From an uncultured Gemmatimonadales bacterium (lineage in GTDB: Bacteria > Gemmatimonadota > Gemmatimonadetes > Gemmatimonadales > JACORV01), in assembly GCA_963835535.1 (NCBI GenBank), contig CAWIFL010000002.1, forward strand, positions 649,011 to 713,010: a stretch of 64,000 nt of DNA, given 5' to 3'. The notes below the pieces were generated by a model, which made no database searches, was not told the DNA's origin, and was given only the letters and a program-made list of their open reading frames with translations. Both the position numbers and the translations under genes were made by a program. This document shows positions 1 to 9,695 of the stretch, piece after piece (positions within the stretch are counted from its first letter, which is position 1; each line of letters opens with the position of its first letter).

Positions 1-1
1 G

Positions 2-433
2 GTGGCGCGGCTGGACGAGGGGAGCGACGTGGTCATCGCGTCGCGCTACCTCCCCGAGTCCCGCGTCGTGGGCCTCTCGCATTACCGCGCATTCCTCAGC
101 TGGGGAGCGGCGCGACTCTTCCGGCTCGTCTGCCCGGTGCCCGGGGTGCGCGACTACACCTGCGGCTACCGGGCCTACCGCGCGTCGGTGCTGCGCGACG
201 CCTTCCGGCGCTGGGGACGCGAGTTCGTGGACCAGCCCGGCTTCTCCTGCATGGTGGACATCCTGCTCAAGCTGAGCCTGACGCCGGTGGTCTTCTCCGA
301 GGTCTCGCTGATCCTGCGCTACGACCGCAAGCCCGGCGCGAGCAAGATGAACGTGCGCCGCACCATCACCCAGACGCTGCGGCTGTTGCTCCGCCGCCGG
401 CTGGGCCGCTACGGGGCGCCGGCGACCCCATGA
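2..433 (+). CDS. GT2 glycosyltransferase, polyprenyl-phosphate mannose/glucose synthase-like; 5' part lies outside the window
   Basis: ORF is open to the window edge. VVIASRY...RDYTCGYRAYR...LRYDRKPGASKM matches the conserved C-terminal half of Dpm1/ArnC-type GT2 enzymes. ATGA stop/start overlap with the next ORF at 430-433. Confidence 0.6.
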   Translation: MARLDEGSDVVIASRYLPESRVVGLSHYRAFLSWGAARLFRLVCPVPGVRDYTCGYRAYRASVLRDAFRRWGREFVDQPGFSCMVDILLKLSLTPVVFSEVSLILRYDRKPGASKMNVRRTITQTLRLLLRRRLGRYGAPATP

Positions 434-1278
434 GGGCTCTGCAGCTCCTGAGCATGGCACTCGCGGCGGTCACCGTCGCGGTTCGGCCGGGTGTGGCTCA
501 GCAGTGCTCCGGTATACGGGGCGGGCGCGCCGCCGCCATCGGCGGCACGTACGTGGCCGGCGAAGCACTCGCGGCGGCCTTCCACCCCGGCGACTGGTGG
601 CAGGGTCCCGTCGGCGGCTTCCGGCTCAGCTGGGTCAACGACGGCGGGAGCCCAGCCGCGAGCCAGGACTATCTGCTTCACGTCACGGCCTCCTACGAGG
701 CGTCCCAGGCGGCAGCGCTGGCTTGGGCGTGGGCCTGCGCGTCGCCGATGACCGCGGCCTGGCTCGGCGCGGCAACGGCCTTCGCGGCCGGGCTTCCCAA
801 GAAGGTCGTGGACGGCTTCCACTCGACCGGGTTCGAGACCGCCAAGAACCTGATGAACGCCGCGGGCGCGCTGCTCCCGGTGGTGCACACGCGGTGGCCG
901 GCGACGAAGGCGGTGAGCCTCAAGGTCTGGTACTGGCCCTCGGCCGAGTTCCGCCACCGGAACGGCGCGGGAGAGCCGAACCTGCTGAGCGACTACGCGG
1001 GCCAGCGCTACTACTTGAGCTTCAATCCGGCGCGCGGCGGCATCGGACCCGCGTGGTGGCCGCGCTGGCTCGGCGTGGCCGTCGGCCACTCGACGCCGGC
1101 GTGGGTGACACAGTTCCCCGCCCAGCACGAATGGTACGCAGCGCTCGATTTGGAGTTGCGCGGCCTGCCGGTGCACACGGCGTGGTGGCCGAAGCTCGCC
1201 GCCGTGCTGGATCAGATCCACTTCCCGCTCCCCGGCGTGCGGCTCCGGGGCGGAACGCTCAGCCCCGGGTTGTTCTAG
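430..1278 (+). CDS. Secreted hypothetical protein (weakly DUF2279-like)
   Basis: N-terminal signal peptide MRALQLLSMALAAVTVAVRPGVAQQ. Coding-like composition. Motifs QDYLLHVTASY and KKVVDGFHSTGFETAKNLMNAAGA recall DUF2279 periplasmic proteins. Function unknown. Confidence 0.45.
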   Translation: MRALQLLSMALAAVTVAVRPGVAQQCSGIRGGRAAAIGGTYVAGEALAAAFHPGDWWQGPVGGFRLSWVNDGGSPAASQDYLLHVTASYEASQAAALAWAWACASPMTAAWLGAATAFAAGLPKKVVDGFHSTGFETAKNLMNAAGALLPVVHTRWPATKAVSLKVWYWPSAEFRHRNGAGEPNLLSDYAGQRYYLSFNPARGGIGPAWWPRWLGVAVGHSTPAWVTQFPAQHEWYAALDLELRGLPVHTAWWPKLAAVLDQIHFPLPGVRLRGGTLSPGLF

Positions 1279-1291
1279 GGCAAATCCCTCG

Positions 1292-2416
1292 CTACGGCGC
1301 GAAGGGCTGCACGGGATCGCCCAGCAGCGCGGCCACGATGCGCCCGGCCGCGCGGCCGTCGCCGTAGGGGTTGCCCTTCCCCGTCATGCGGCGCCGGGCG
1401 CCGGGGTCGGAGAGCAGCTCGTGCGCGGCGGCGGCGATCGTCTGGCGGCGGGTGCCCACCAGCCTCGCGGTACCCCGCTCCACCGCCTCCGGCCGCTCCG
1501 TCACGTCGCGCATCACCAGCACCGGCACGTCGAGACTGGGCGCCTCCTCCTGGATCCCGCCCGAATCGGTGAGGACGAGGTACGCTCGCTTGAGGAGCCG
1601 CACGAAGCTCACGTAGTCGAGCGGATCGAGGAGCGCGACGTTGGGCACGCCGTCGAGGATCGCCCGGACGGGCGCCTGGACGTTGGGATTGAGGTGAACC
1701 GGGTAGACGAGCTGCACGTCCTCGGGATGCGCTTCCGCGATGTCCCGCAGGGCGAGGCAGAGGTCGCGGAACGGCTCCCCGAAGCTTTCCCGGCGGTGCG
1801 CGGTCACCAGGACCAGTCGGCGCGAAGCGCCCGCGAAGCGGGCCAGCAGCGGCGCGAGATCCCCTGGACGCGAGGCCACGTCGAGCAGCGCGTCCACCAC
1901 CGTGTTGCCGGTGACGAGCACGCGCTCGGGCGCCACGCCCTCGGCGAGCAGGTTGGCGCGGGCGCCGGCCGTGGGAGCGAAGCACCAGCGCGCCGCGACA
2001 TCGGCGACGCGGCGATTGAACTCCTCCGGGAACGGCCGCGCGAAGTCGTGGGAGCGAAGCCCCGCCTCCACGTGGGCGAACGGCACTCGCTCGTGGAACG
2101 CGGCGACGGCGGCGGCCATCACGGTCGTCGTGTCGCCCTCGGCCAGGACCCAATCCGGGCGTTCGTCGCGCAGCACGCGCTCCAGGCCCGTGACGGCCGC
2201 GGCCAGCACCTCGCTCAGCGTCTGGCTCGGCCGCATGATGCCGAGGTCGAGATCGGGGTGGATGTCGAAGACCGGGAGCAGCTCGTCGAGCATCGAGCGG
2301 TGCTGGCCGGTGACGCAGACGCGCGAGACGGCGCGCCGGTCGCGGGCCAGGGCACCGAGGATCGGCGCCATCTTCACGACCTCGGGCCGGGTGCCGAGGA
2401 CGGAGAGGATCTTCAT
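1292..2416 (-). CDS. wecB: UDP-N-acetylglucosamine 2-epimerase (non-hydrolysing)
   Basis: 374-aa intact ORF. MKILSVLGTRPEVVKMAPI, VCVTGQHRSML, HVEAGLRS and the GGIQEEAPSL motif are typical of WecB/MnaA. Confidence 0.9.
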   Translation of the reverse strand: MKILSVLGTRPEVVKMAPILGALARDRRAVSRVCVTGQHRSMLDELLPVFDIHPDLDLGIMRPSQTLSEVLAAAVTGLERVLRDERPDWVLAEGDTTTVMAAAVAAFHERVPFAHVEAGLRSHDFARPFPEEFNRRVADVAARWCFAPTAGARANLLAEGVAPERVLVTGNTVVDALLDVASRPGDLAPLLARFAGASRRLVLVTAHRRESFGEPFRDLCLALRDIAEAHPEDVQLVYPVHLNPNVQAPVRAILDGVPNVALLDPLDYVSFVRLLKRAYLVLTDSGGIQEEAPSLDVPVLVMRDVTERPEAVERGTARLVGTRRQTIAAAAHELLSDPGARRRMTGKGNPYGDGRAAGRIVAALLGDPVQPFAP

Positions 2417-2429
2417 GAAGGCCTGGCCG

Positions 2430-3512
2430 TCAGTACTCCAGCGGCAATCCCACCTGCCGGCCGTCGCGGGCCGACTGGTAGATCGCGATCAGCAGCTCCA
2501 GCGAGCGCAGCCCTTCCCGCCCGTCCGTCTCCGCCGGCGCCTCGCCGCGCAGGGCCTTGATCACGTTGTCGTAGTAGAGCGCGTGGCCATGGCCGTAGAT
2601 CGAGCTGGGCTGGTAGCTCGCCTCCTGCCACTTCGCGTCGTCCTCGGCGTCGGGCTCCTTGAACTCCCAGTGCTCGATCTTGTTCACCGCGACGCCGCCC
2701 AGCCGCACCGTGCCCTTCTCCCCGAGGATCGTGACCGAGCCCTCGAGGTTCTTGGGGTAGGTGCACATCGTGACGTTGATCGAGCCCAGGGCGCCGTTGC
2801 GCCAGCGGATGGCGGCGACGCCCGTGTCCTCCACCTCGATGCGGCGCGCGAGGGTGGCGGTGTAGGCGTACACCGACTCGACCGGGCCGATGAGCCACTC
2901 CAGGAGGTCCACGTAGTGGCTGGCCTGGTTCATGAAGGCGCCGCCGTCGAACTCCCAGGTGCCGCGCCACTTTGCCGAGTCGTAGTACTCCTGCGGCCGG
3001 GTCCAGAAGACGTTGCAGGTGACCGTGTAGATGCGCCCGAACCGGTTCTTCGCGATGGCGCGCTTGACGAGCCGCACGGTGGGGTTGAGCCGGTTCTGCT
3101 TGACGACGAAGAGCTGGACCCCCGCCTTGTCGCACACCTCGACCATCCGCTTTCCGTCGTCCCAGCGGGTGGCCATCGGCTTCTCGGTCATCACGTGCCG
3201 GCCTGCCTGGGCCGCCTGGATCGCCTGTGCGGGGTGGAGGCCTGAGGGCGTCGCGAGCACGACCAGCTCTGCGTCCGACTTGGCGAGGAGGGCGTCGAGG
3301 GATGCGAAGCCGGGCGCGCCTGTCTTTTCCTGCGCCGCGGCGAGCGCCTTGGGCTCAATGTCGCAGACCGCCACCAACTCCGCGTCAGCCTTGTGGGCCT
3401 CGAGCGCGTCGAAGTGGCTCTTGGAGATCCGGCCGCAACCCACGAGCGCGACGCGGATCCGGCGGCCCCCGGGGACCGGCTTACGGACAAGCGAAGCCGA
3501 AGTTGTAGTCAT
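2430..3512 (-). CDS. Gfo/Idh/MocA-family NAD-dependent sugar oxidoreductase (WbpB/WlbA-like)
   Basis: Rossmann start RIRVALVGCGRISKSH, the MTEKPMA motif and the characteristic C-terminal alpha/beta domain. ATG at 3512 is preferred over the TTG at 3521 used by the ORF track. Confidence 0.8.
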   Translation of the reverse strand: MTTTSASLVRKPVPGGRRIRVALVGCGRISKSHFDALEAHKADAELVAVCDIEPKALAAAQEKTGAPGFASLDALLAKSDAELVVLATPSGLHPAQAIQAAQAGRHVMTEKPMATRWDDGKRMVEVCDKAGVQLFVVKQNRLNPTVRLVKRAIAKNRFGRIYTVTCNVFWTRPQEYYDSAKWRGTWEFDGGAFMNQASHYVDLLEWLIGPVESVYAYTATLARRIEVEDTGVAAIRWRNGALGSINVTMCTYPKNLEGSVTILGEKGTVRLGGVAVNKIEHWEFKEPDAEDDAKWQEASYQPSSIYGHGHALYYDNVIKALRGEAPAETDGREGLRSLELLIAIYQSARDGRQVGLPLEY

Positions 3513-3563
3513 GGCCAGCAATGGTAACGCGCCACCCCCGCGCCCCGCGAGGGCGTGCCGCTC

Positions 3564-4136
3564 TCACCCTTCCAAACGGAAGTGGGCGGACTCGGGACGC
3601 GCCAGCCATTCGGCGAGGGTCTGGGCGCTCCGGTCCTTGTCGGAGACGATCGGGTTCTTCTCGGGCCACTCGATGCCGAGGGCCGGGTCGTCCCAGCGAA
3701 TGCCGGACTCGCCCGGCTGGTTCCAGATGCTCGTGCAGAGATACTCGACATCGGCCACGTCGGAGAGGACGCAGAAGCCGCGCGCGAAGGAAGCCGGCGC
3801 CCATACCATGCGCGGGCGGGTGTCGTCGAGCGTGGTGGCGAAGTGCCTGCCCAGCGTCGGAGAGCCCTTCCGGAGATCCACCGCCACGACGCAGGCCGCG
3901 CCGCGCGCGACGCGCATCAGCTTCCCCTGCGGCGGGTCGAACTGGAAGTGCAGCCCGCGGATCGTGCCGCGGCGGGAACGGGAGAGGTTCACCTGGACGA
4001 ACGCGTCCGGGAGCCCGGCGGCGCGATAGACGTCGCTGCGGAAGACCTCGGCGAAGAAGCCGCGGTGGTCGTCGAACGTCTCTGGCGTCACGACCAGCAC
4101 GCCGGCGATGGGAGTCTGCTCGACGGTGATCCTCAT
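3564..4136 (-). CDS. rfbC: dTDP-4-dehydrorhamnose 3,5-epimerase
   Basis: 190-aa ORF with DHRGFFAEVFR and RGLHFQ..PQGKLMRV cupin motifs typical of RmlC. Confidence 0.9.
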   Translation of the reverse strand: MRITVEQTPIAGVLVVTPETFDDHRGFFAEVFRSDVYRAAGLPDAFVQVNLSRSRRGTIRGLHFQFDPPQGKLMRVARGAACVVAVDLRKGSPTLGRHFATTLDDTRPRMVWAPASFARGFCVLSDVADVEYLCTSIWNQPGESGIRWDDPALGIEWPEKNPIVSDKDRSAQTLAEWLARPESAHFRLEG

Positions 4137-4201
4137 GGGCCGGTTATGTTAGCGTCCCGGAGCGGTGGCGCAAACCCCCTGCCTCTTCGGTACTTACCTG
4201 C

Positions 4202-4256
4202 CTCTTGACGGGGCCGGTGCCGCGCCCCAAGTTTGCTTTACCTTGCAGAGTACTTT
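4202..4256 (+). promoter_or_regulatory. Candidate promoter/5' element of exporter gene 1 (block shared with 21116-21170)
   Basis: CTCTTGACGG (4202-4211) contains a -35-like TTGACG that ends exactly 32 nt before TTG 4243. It is followed by TGCAGAGTACTTT (4244-4256). The same two boxes, with the same 32-nt spacing, precede the paralogue at 21157. Confidence 0.4.
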
Positions 4257-4278
4257 GTACAACACGGCAAGCCACCCC

Positions 4279-6926
4279 ATGCGGGTGCTCCAGAGCGCCT
4301 GGCGCTTCACCCGGCGCCCGATGATCACTCTGGCCGCGATGGAGCTTGCCTCGACGCTCCTGGGCGCTGCGGCTGGGCCCCTGACCCCTAACCCCTATCC
4401 CCTAACCCCTGTCTTTCTCGCCGCCCAGCAGCCCGCCGGAGTGTCGGACCAACAGCTCCAGCAATACCTCCAGCAGCCGGGCATCGCCGACCAGCTGCGC
4501 CAGCGCATCCAGCAGAGCGGCCTCTCGGCCGACGAGATCCGCTCACGCCTCCGGGCCGCGGGTTACCCCGACAGCGCCATGAACGCCTACCTCGCCCCCG
4601 GTGCGGCGGGGGTGCAGGCGCCCGCGCCGACGCTCGAGACGCTCCGCGCCGCCACGGCGCTGGGGCTGGGGACGTTCGGGCCCTCGCCCGACACGCTGAA
4701 CGCGCTCCGCCGGGTCGTGGCGCTCTCGCAGGGGGACTCGATCCTCCTCGACTCCCTGGGCTTCGAGATCGGCCGCGACTCGATCCCCGGCCGGATGGGG
4801 AGCGACGGCGTGATGCGCCTCGACACGGCCGCGGCGCTCCGGATCTCGGCGTGGCTCAAGCGGCCCAAGGTCTTCGGCCTCGACGTCTTCAGGCGCACGA
4901 CGACGCAGTTCAGTCCGGTCGCCTCCGGGCCGGTGGACGCCGGCTACCGCCTCGGGCCGGGGGACGACCTGATCCTGATCCTCACCGGAGACGCGGACGT
5001 CGTCGAGGAGCTGCCCGTCACGCGCGAGGGGTTCGTGGTGATCCCGCAGGTAGGGCGCGTGCCGGTCGCGAACCTCACCCTGGGCGAGCTGCGGACGCTG
5101 CTCGCGACGCGGCTGGCGCGCGTGTACTCCGGCGTGAGGACGGGGACGATCCGCTACGACGTGACCGTCTCGCGGGTGCGGATGAACCAGGTGTTCGTGG
5201 ACGGCGAGGTGGTGCGGCCCGGCTCCTACCCGGTGAGCGCGCTCGGCACCGTGATGAACGCGCTCTACCTGGCGGGGGGCCCGACCGAGGCGGCCGACTT
5301 CCGCGACGTGCGCGTCATGAGGGGCGGCGCCGTGATCCAGCAGCTCGACCTCTACGACTACCTGGTCCGCGGGAACACGCGCGGCGACATCCGGCTCGAG
5401 CAGGGCGACGTGGTCTTCGTGCCGCCGGTCCAGCGGCGCGTGCAGGTCACGGGCGCCGTGCTGCGGCCGGGCTTCTACGACCTGGCCGACACGGAGGACC
5501 TGGGCGCCCTGATCCACTACGCCGGCGGGCTGCTGCCCAATGCGGATCAGGGACGGGCGCACATCGAGCGCATCCTCCCGGAGGCCCAGCGGCAGGCGGG
5601 CGGGCGCGATCGCGTGGCGATGGACGTGAACGATCTCGCCGGGGTGCTCCGGAGGGGGGGGCGGGGGGCGGCACGACGCCTCACTTCCGGCTGGAGCCCG
5701 GCGACCGCGTCACGATCTTCCCCGTCACCGAGGCCGTCCGGGGCGAGGTCACGCTGCGGGGGAGCGTCTGGAAGCCCGGCCCCTACGCCGTGGAGCCGGG
5801 GATGACGCTCTCGCGCCTCCTCGCCGAGGCGGGCGGCCTCAAGCCCGACGCGTATCTCGATCGAGCGCACGTCGTGCGCCTGATGCCGGATTCGACGCGG
5901 CGGCTGATCACCGCGGATCTGCGCTCGCTCCTCGGGCCCGGAGGGGCGATCCTGCCGAATCCGCCGGCGGCCGACGACCCGCAGCTCGCGGAGAACGACG
6001 AGGTGACGGTCTTCGCCACGCCGGAGTTCCGGCCGCCGCGCGAGATCCGGGTCTTCGGCGCCGTGCAGCACCCCGGCACCTATTCCTTCCGGGACTCGAT
6101 GACGGTGCGGGACGCCGTCATTCTCGCGGGCGGGCTCGGCGACGACGCGTATCTGCTCGAGGCGGAGATCTCGCGCCTGCCGCAAAGCCCGACGGACACC
6201 TCCGCGCTCGCCCAGATCATCCACGTCCCGCTCGACTCGAGCTACGTGATCGATCCGACGTCATACGTGCGGCGCGTCACCGCGCCGCAGGGGTCGAATC
6301 CGGTCCTGCAGCCGTCCGACTACGTCTTCGTCCGGCGGGTGCCGGGGCTGGAGCCGCAGCGGACGGTGGTCGTCACGGGCCAGGTGCGATTCCCCGGCCA
6401 CTACGCGCTGACGAGCCGGGACGATCGGCTGGCGGACGTCCTGCGCCGCGCGGGGGGCGTGACGACGAACGCGTACGTGCACGGCGCGCAGTTCTTCCGC
6501 TCGTTGGGCCATGCCGGCCGGATCGGCATCGACTTCGAGGGGGTGCTGAAGGACCAGCGCAACCGGGACAACCTGCCGCTCTTCGGCGGCGACTCGATCT
6601 ACGTGCCGGAGTACCAGCCGATCGTGAGCGTCGAAGGGGCGGTGAACAGCCCGGTCGCGGTGGCGTACGAGCAGGGGCGCGGGACGGGCTTCTACATCGA
6701 GCGGGCGGGCGGGTTCACGCGCCACGCGGACAAGGGGCGGACGTACGTGATCCAGCCCAACGGCTCGGTGTTCACGCGGAGCGCCACGCCCGAGCCGGGG
6801 GCCAGGGTCGTGGTGCCGGAGACGCCGCCGGGCGAGCGCACCAACTGGATACAGATCCTGTCCAGCGTAGGCCAGCTCCTGGTGAGCACGGTGACGCTGG
6901 CGATCCTGGCCAAGCAGGTGCTGTAG
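4279..6926 (+). CDS. Outer-membrane polysaccharide export protein (OPX/Wza-family, Poly_export + multiple SLBB repeats), paralogue 1; interrupted by one frameshift as assembled
   Basis: Two overlapping ORFs (4165-5805 and 4851-6926) together align end to end with the 21157-23832 paralogue. The frame switches inside the G8/G6 tract at 5654-5668. Repeated SLBB-like motifs are present (GAVxxPGxY, D...LxxAGG). C-terminal hydrophobic helix NWIQILSSVGQLLVSTVTLAILA. Alternative start at TTG 4243. Confidence 0.8.
4385..4410 (+). repeat. 7-bp tandem repeat (CCCCTAA/CCCCTAT) x3.7 inside the exporter-1 coding region
   Basis: Direct reading gives cccctaa cccctat cccctaa cccct, which encodes PLTPNPYPLTP just after the predicted signal/anchor segment. 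Confidence 0.85.
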
Positions 6927-6934
6927 CGGCCGTC

Positions 6935-8563
6935 CTAGCGGAGAGCGTACCTCACGCTCAGGATGACGTTCAGGTTGAAGGCGTCGTGCTGGAAGTATCG
7001 GTTGAACTCGTAGACAGCACCCACGTGGGCCAACACGTCGTAGCGGCCGAGGAAGGCGAGGCGCTCGACGGCCAGCTCGTGCTGGACGTCGAAGGCGTGC
7101 GGGATGGCCTGACTCGGCTGCGCGTTGCCTCCCTGTTGAGCCTGCAGGATCCGGGTCCACGAGAAGGTCCAGCGGCCGGTCGGGCGAGTAGGAGTCCACG
7201 GCCACGACCGACGCCCGCGCCGCCCGGTCCGCGGACGGACCCGAGCACTTGGCCCAGCTCAGTGTGGCCCTGTGTCGGCACGTCTCACGTGCGTGTAGAA
7301 CGGTCGACGGTGGCGCGACCCTGCGCCAGCACCGAGGGCTGCGTGTTCTGCAGCTTCCGCCCGCACGGCAAGCAGCCGGTTCCCGGCCCGCCGCATCACC
7401 TTGCGGAAGCCGATCGTGTAGCCGCCGTCGTGATCGGGTTCCTCGATGATATCGCGGAGATTCATGTTGTAGTCTTCGCGGCCATACTCGCCGTAGACCT
7501 CGAACCCGCTGTGCGGCAGCACCCAGCGGAAGTAGGCCGAAGCCAGCTGGTAGTCGATTTCCCTTGAGGCTGGCGTTGAGTGCCCCCTGATACCGCAGCA
7601 CCTTCAGGAGGTCGGCATGGAGGAGGCCGCCGGCCGGCCAGGGCTGGTGGGAGAAGCGCGTGACTCCAAGCTCCAGACCCGGGAGCCAGCGGGAGGTGAG
7701 GTTCAAGTTGATCCCGGTAGCGTACCTGACGCCGGCAGAGGCTGTCTCCGGCGAGAAGGCGGACTGGCTCGAGCCGTCCCCAGAGCATCCGGACGTGGAC
7801 GCGAAGAAGCCAGAGGTCCAGCGGATGAGCTGTTCCCGACGAAGGCTTGCGGGAAGCCCGCCGCGTTGTTGCCGAGGACGATCGGGAACTCGGTGGCGGG
7901 GCCCCAGTACTGATTCGCGGTGGTCACGCCTGCCGCGAGGGGACCCCAGTCGAGCCGGGCAGTGGACTGCCCGGGATCCACCCGCGCATAGGCGCCGCTT
8001 CCGAACCGCTGCGGCAGGTCAATCTGGTCGGGCAGCACGCCATCCGCGTAGGCGAGCGTTCCCGTCTCGCCGTTGGGCATCAGGGGGAAGCCGGCGTTCT
8101 GCGCGACGAACGCCATGGGGGCGACGGTCAGCGACAGCACACCCCACCGCAACGCCACGCCCGCCTGGCCGGCGAGCGTGAGGCCCCGCCCCGCCCAGAT
8201 CGGGCCGTCGTTGTAGCCATACGGGAACGTCGAGTTGTACCGCACACTCGCGGTCGGGGCCACCCAATCCACGGAGATGCCCTTCGCGGCCCGCGGCGTC
8301 AGGTCGTAGCGATCAGCCCAGGGATGGAGCGTGTCACGGGGCATGAGCCGGTCCAGCTCGGCCGGTGAGAACGCCCGGACGCCCCACGGATACGGCGCGA
8401 CCTCGCCCAGGGTCTGGAGATAGCGGAGGTAATTCTCCAGCTCGCCGCCGGCGAAGATCTCGGAGCGCCCGCCCACGCTCGGTGCGCCTTGGGCGGCGGC
8501 GGAGCGCGTGGCAGCTGCGATCGCCAGGCTGAGGAGAATCGCGGCGGGAACTGGACGAATCAC
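6935..8563 (-). pseudogene. Wzi-family (capsule assembly) outer-membrane beta-barrel, paralogue 1; at least 6 frame changes as assembled
   Basis: The N-terminal ORF 7703-8563 has a signal peptide (MIRPVPAAILLSLAIAAATRSAAAQG) and the QYWGPATEFPIVLGNNAAGFP motif. I followed homology to the 9696-11332 paralogue by hand through successive frames, with shifts near 7845, 7770, 7560, 7280, 7215 and 7165. It runs to the C-terminus ...VYEFNRYFQHDAFNLNVILSVRYALR, with the stop at 6935-6937. Confidence 0.65.
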
Positions 8564-8614
8564 GGCGTGAGCTTACTTGACCCCCCAGATGCGCGTCAAC
8601 ATCTTGACTCGCGC

Positions 8615-9676
8615 ATGGACCCCGACAAGCTCACCCTGCCGGCGCTGGTGGCCGGCATCCTCTCCCGCTGGCGCACCGTGGTCAGGGTGACGGTCGCGAT
8701 CGCCGTGCTCGCCCTGGTCCTCTCGTTCGTCCTGCCGCCCGGCTACGAGAGCCAGGCGACGTTCGTCACGAGCGACACCCAGATCCAGCTCCCCAACGGC
8801 CTCTCCGACCTGGCGAGCGGGCCCGGAGTGTCGGGCATCGTCTCGCAGCTGGGCCTGGGCGGAAGCAAGGACCCTTCGACCTCCCCGGCGTTCTACGAGC
8901 AGCTCCTGGGCAGCCGCGAATTGCTGACGCGGCTCGTGCTGTCGCCGTTCCCGGACCCGCGCAAGACGACGGCGGACAGCTCGGATCTCCTCTCCATCCT
9001 GCGGATCAGGAACGAGGATCGCGAGCGCGCGATCGAGATCGGGATCAAGCGCGCCAAGCGGGCGATGAAGGTCGGCGTGGATCCGCGGACGAGCTTCGTC
9101 TCCGTCACCGTCAGCACCCCGTGGGCGCCGCTCAGCGCCGAGGTGGCGAACCGGATCGTGGACCTGGTGAGCGCGTTCAACGGCGCGCAACGGCAGTCCC
9201 GGGCCCGGGCGCGGCGGATCTTCCTCGCGGGCCGCGTCGACAGCGCGCAGGCCGAGGTGAGCGCGGCCGAACGGGGGCTGAGCGATTTCTACGAGCGGAA
9301 CCGGCTGTGGCGCAGCTCGCCCGCGCTCATCGTCCGGGAGGCGAGCCTCCGGCGGCAGGTGGAGATGGCCGGCGAGCTGTACCTCTCGATCCGGCAGCAG
9401 TTCGAGGGCGCCCGCATCGACGAGGTCAACACCACGCCGGTGATCACCGTCGTGGACGCCGCCGTGCCGTCGCACCAGCCGCTGTGGCCCCGCCGTGTCG
9501 CCATCGTCGTCACGGCCGCTTTCGCGGGGCTCTGGCTCGGGCTGCTCTGGGTGGCGCTGCGCGTGCTCGCGGGCCACTGGGCGGCGAGCCACCCGGCGGA
9601 CGCCTCGTCCCTCCGCGATGCGATGGCCCGCACGTGGCGCGAAGCCGGCGAGACGCTGCGCCGGCGGCACGCGTAG
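8615..9676 (+). CDS. Polysaccharide co-polymerase / chain-length determinant (Wzz-like, no kinase domain)
   Basis: ATG at 8615 (MDPDKLTLPALVAGILSRW). N-terminal TM segment, long coiled-coil-like periplasmic region and a C-terminal TM segment (RRVAIVVTAAFAGLWLGLLWVAL). No Walker-A or Tyr-rich tail. Confidence 0.75.
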   Translation: MDPDKLTLPALVAGILSRWRTVVRVTVAIAVLALVLSFVLPPGYESQATFVTSDTQIQLPNGLSDLASGPGVSGIVSQLGLGGSKDPSTSPAFYEQLLGSRELLTRLVLSPFPDPRKTTADSSDLLSILRIRNEDRERAIEIGIKRAKRAMKVGVDPRTSFVSVTVSTPWAPLSAEVANRIVDLVSAFNGAQRQSRARARRIFLAGRVDSAQAEVSAAERGLSDFYERNRLWRSSPALIVREASLRRQVEMAGELYLSIRQQFEGARIDEVNTTPVITVVDAAVPSHQPLWPRRVAIVVTAAFAGLWLGLLWVALRVLAGHWAASHPADASSLRDAMARTWREAGETLRRRHA

Positions 9677-9695
9677 CCGCTCCACCGCCGTTCCC

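Noticed and set aside
4385-4410. Telomere-like CCCTAA-containing repeat
   Set aside because: It has only ~3.7 units and lies inside a bacterial coding region. I interpret it as a coding simple-sequence repeat, not a telomere or contamination.
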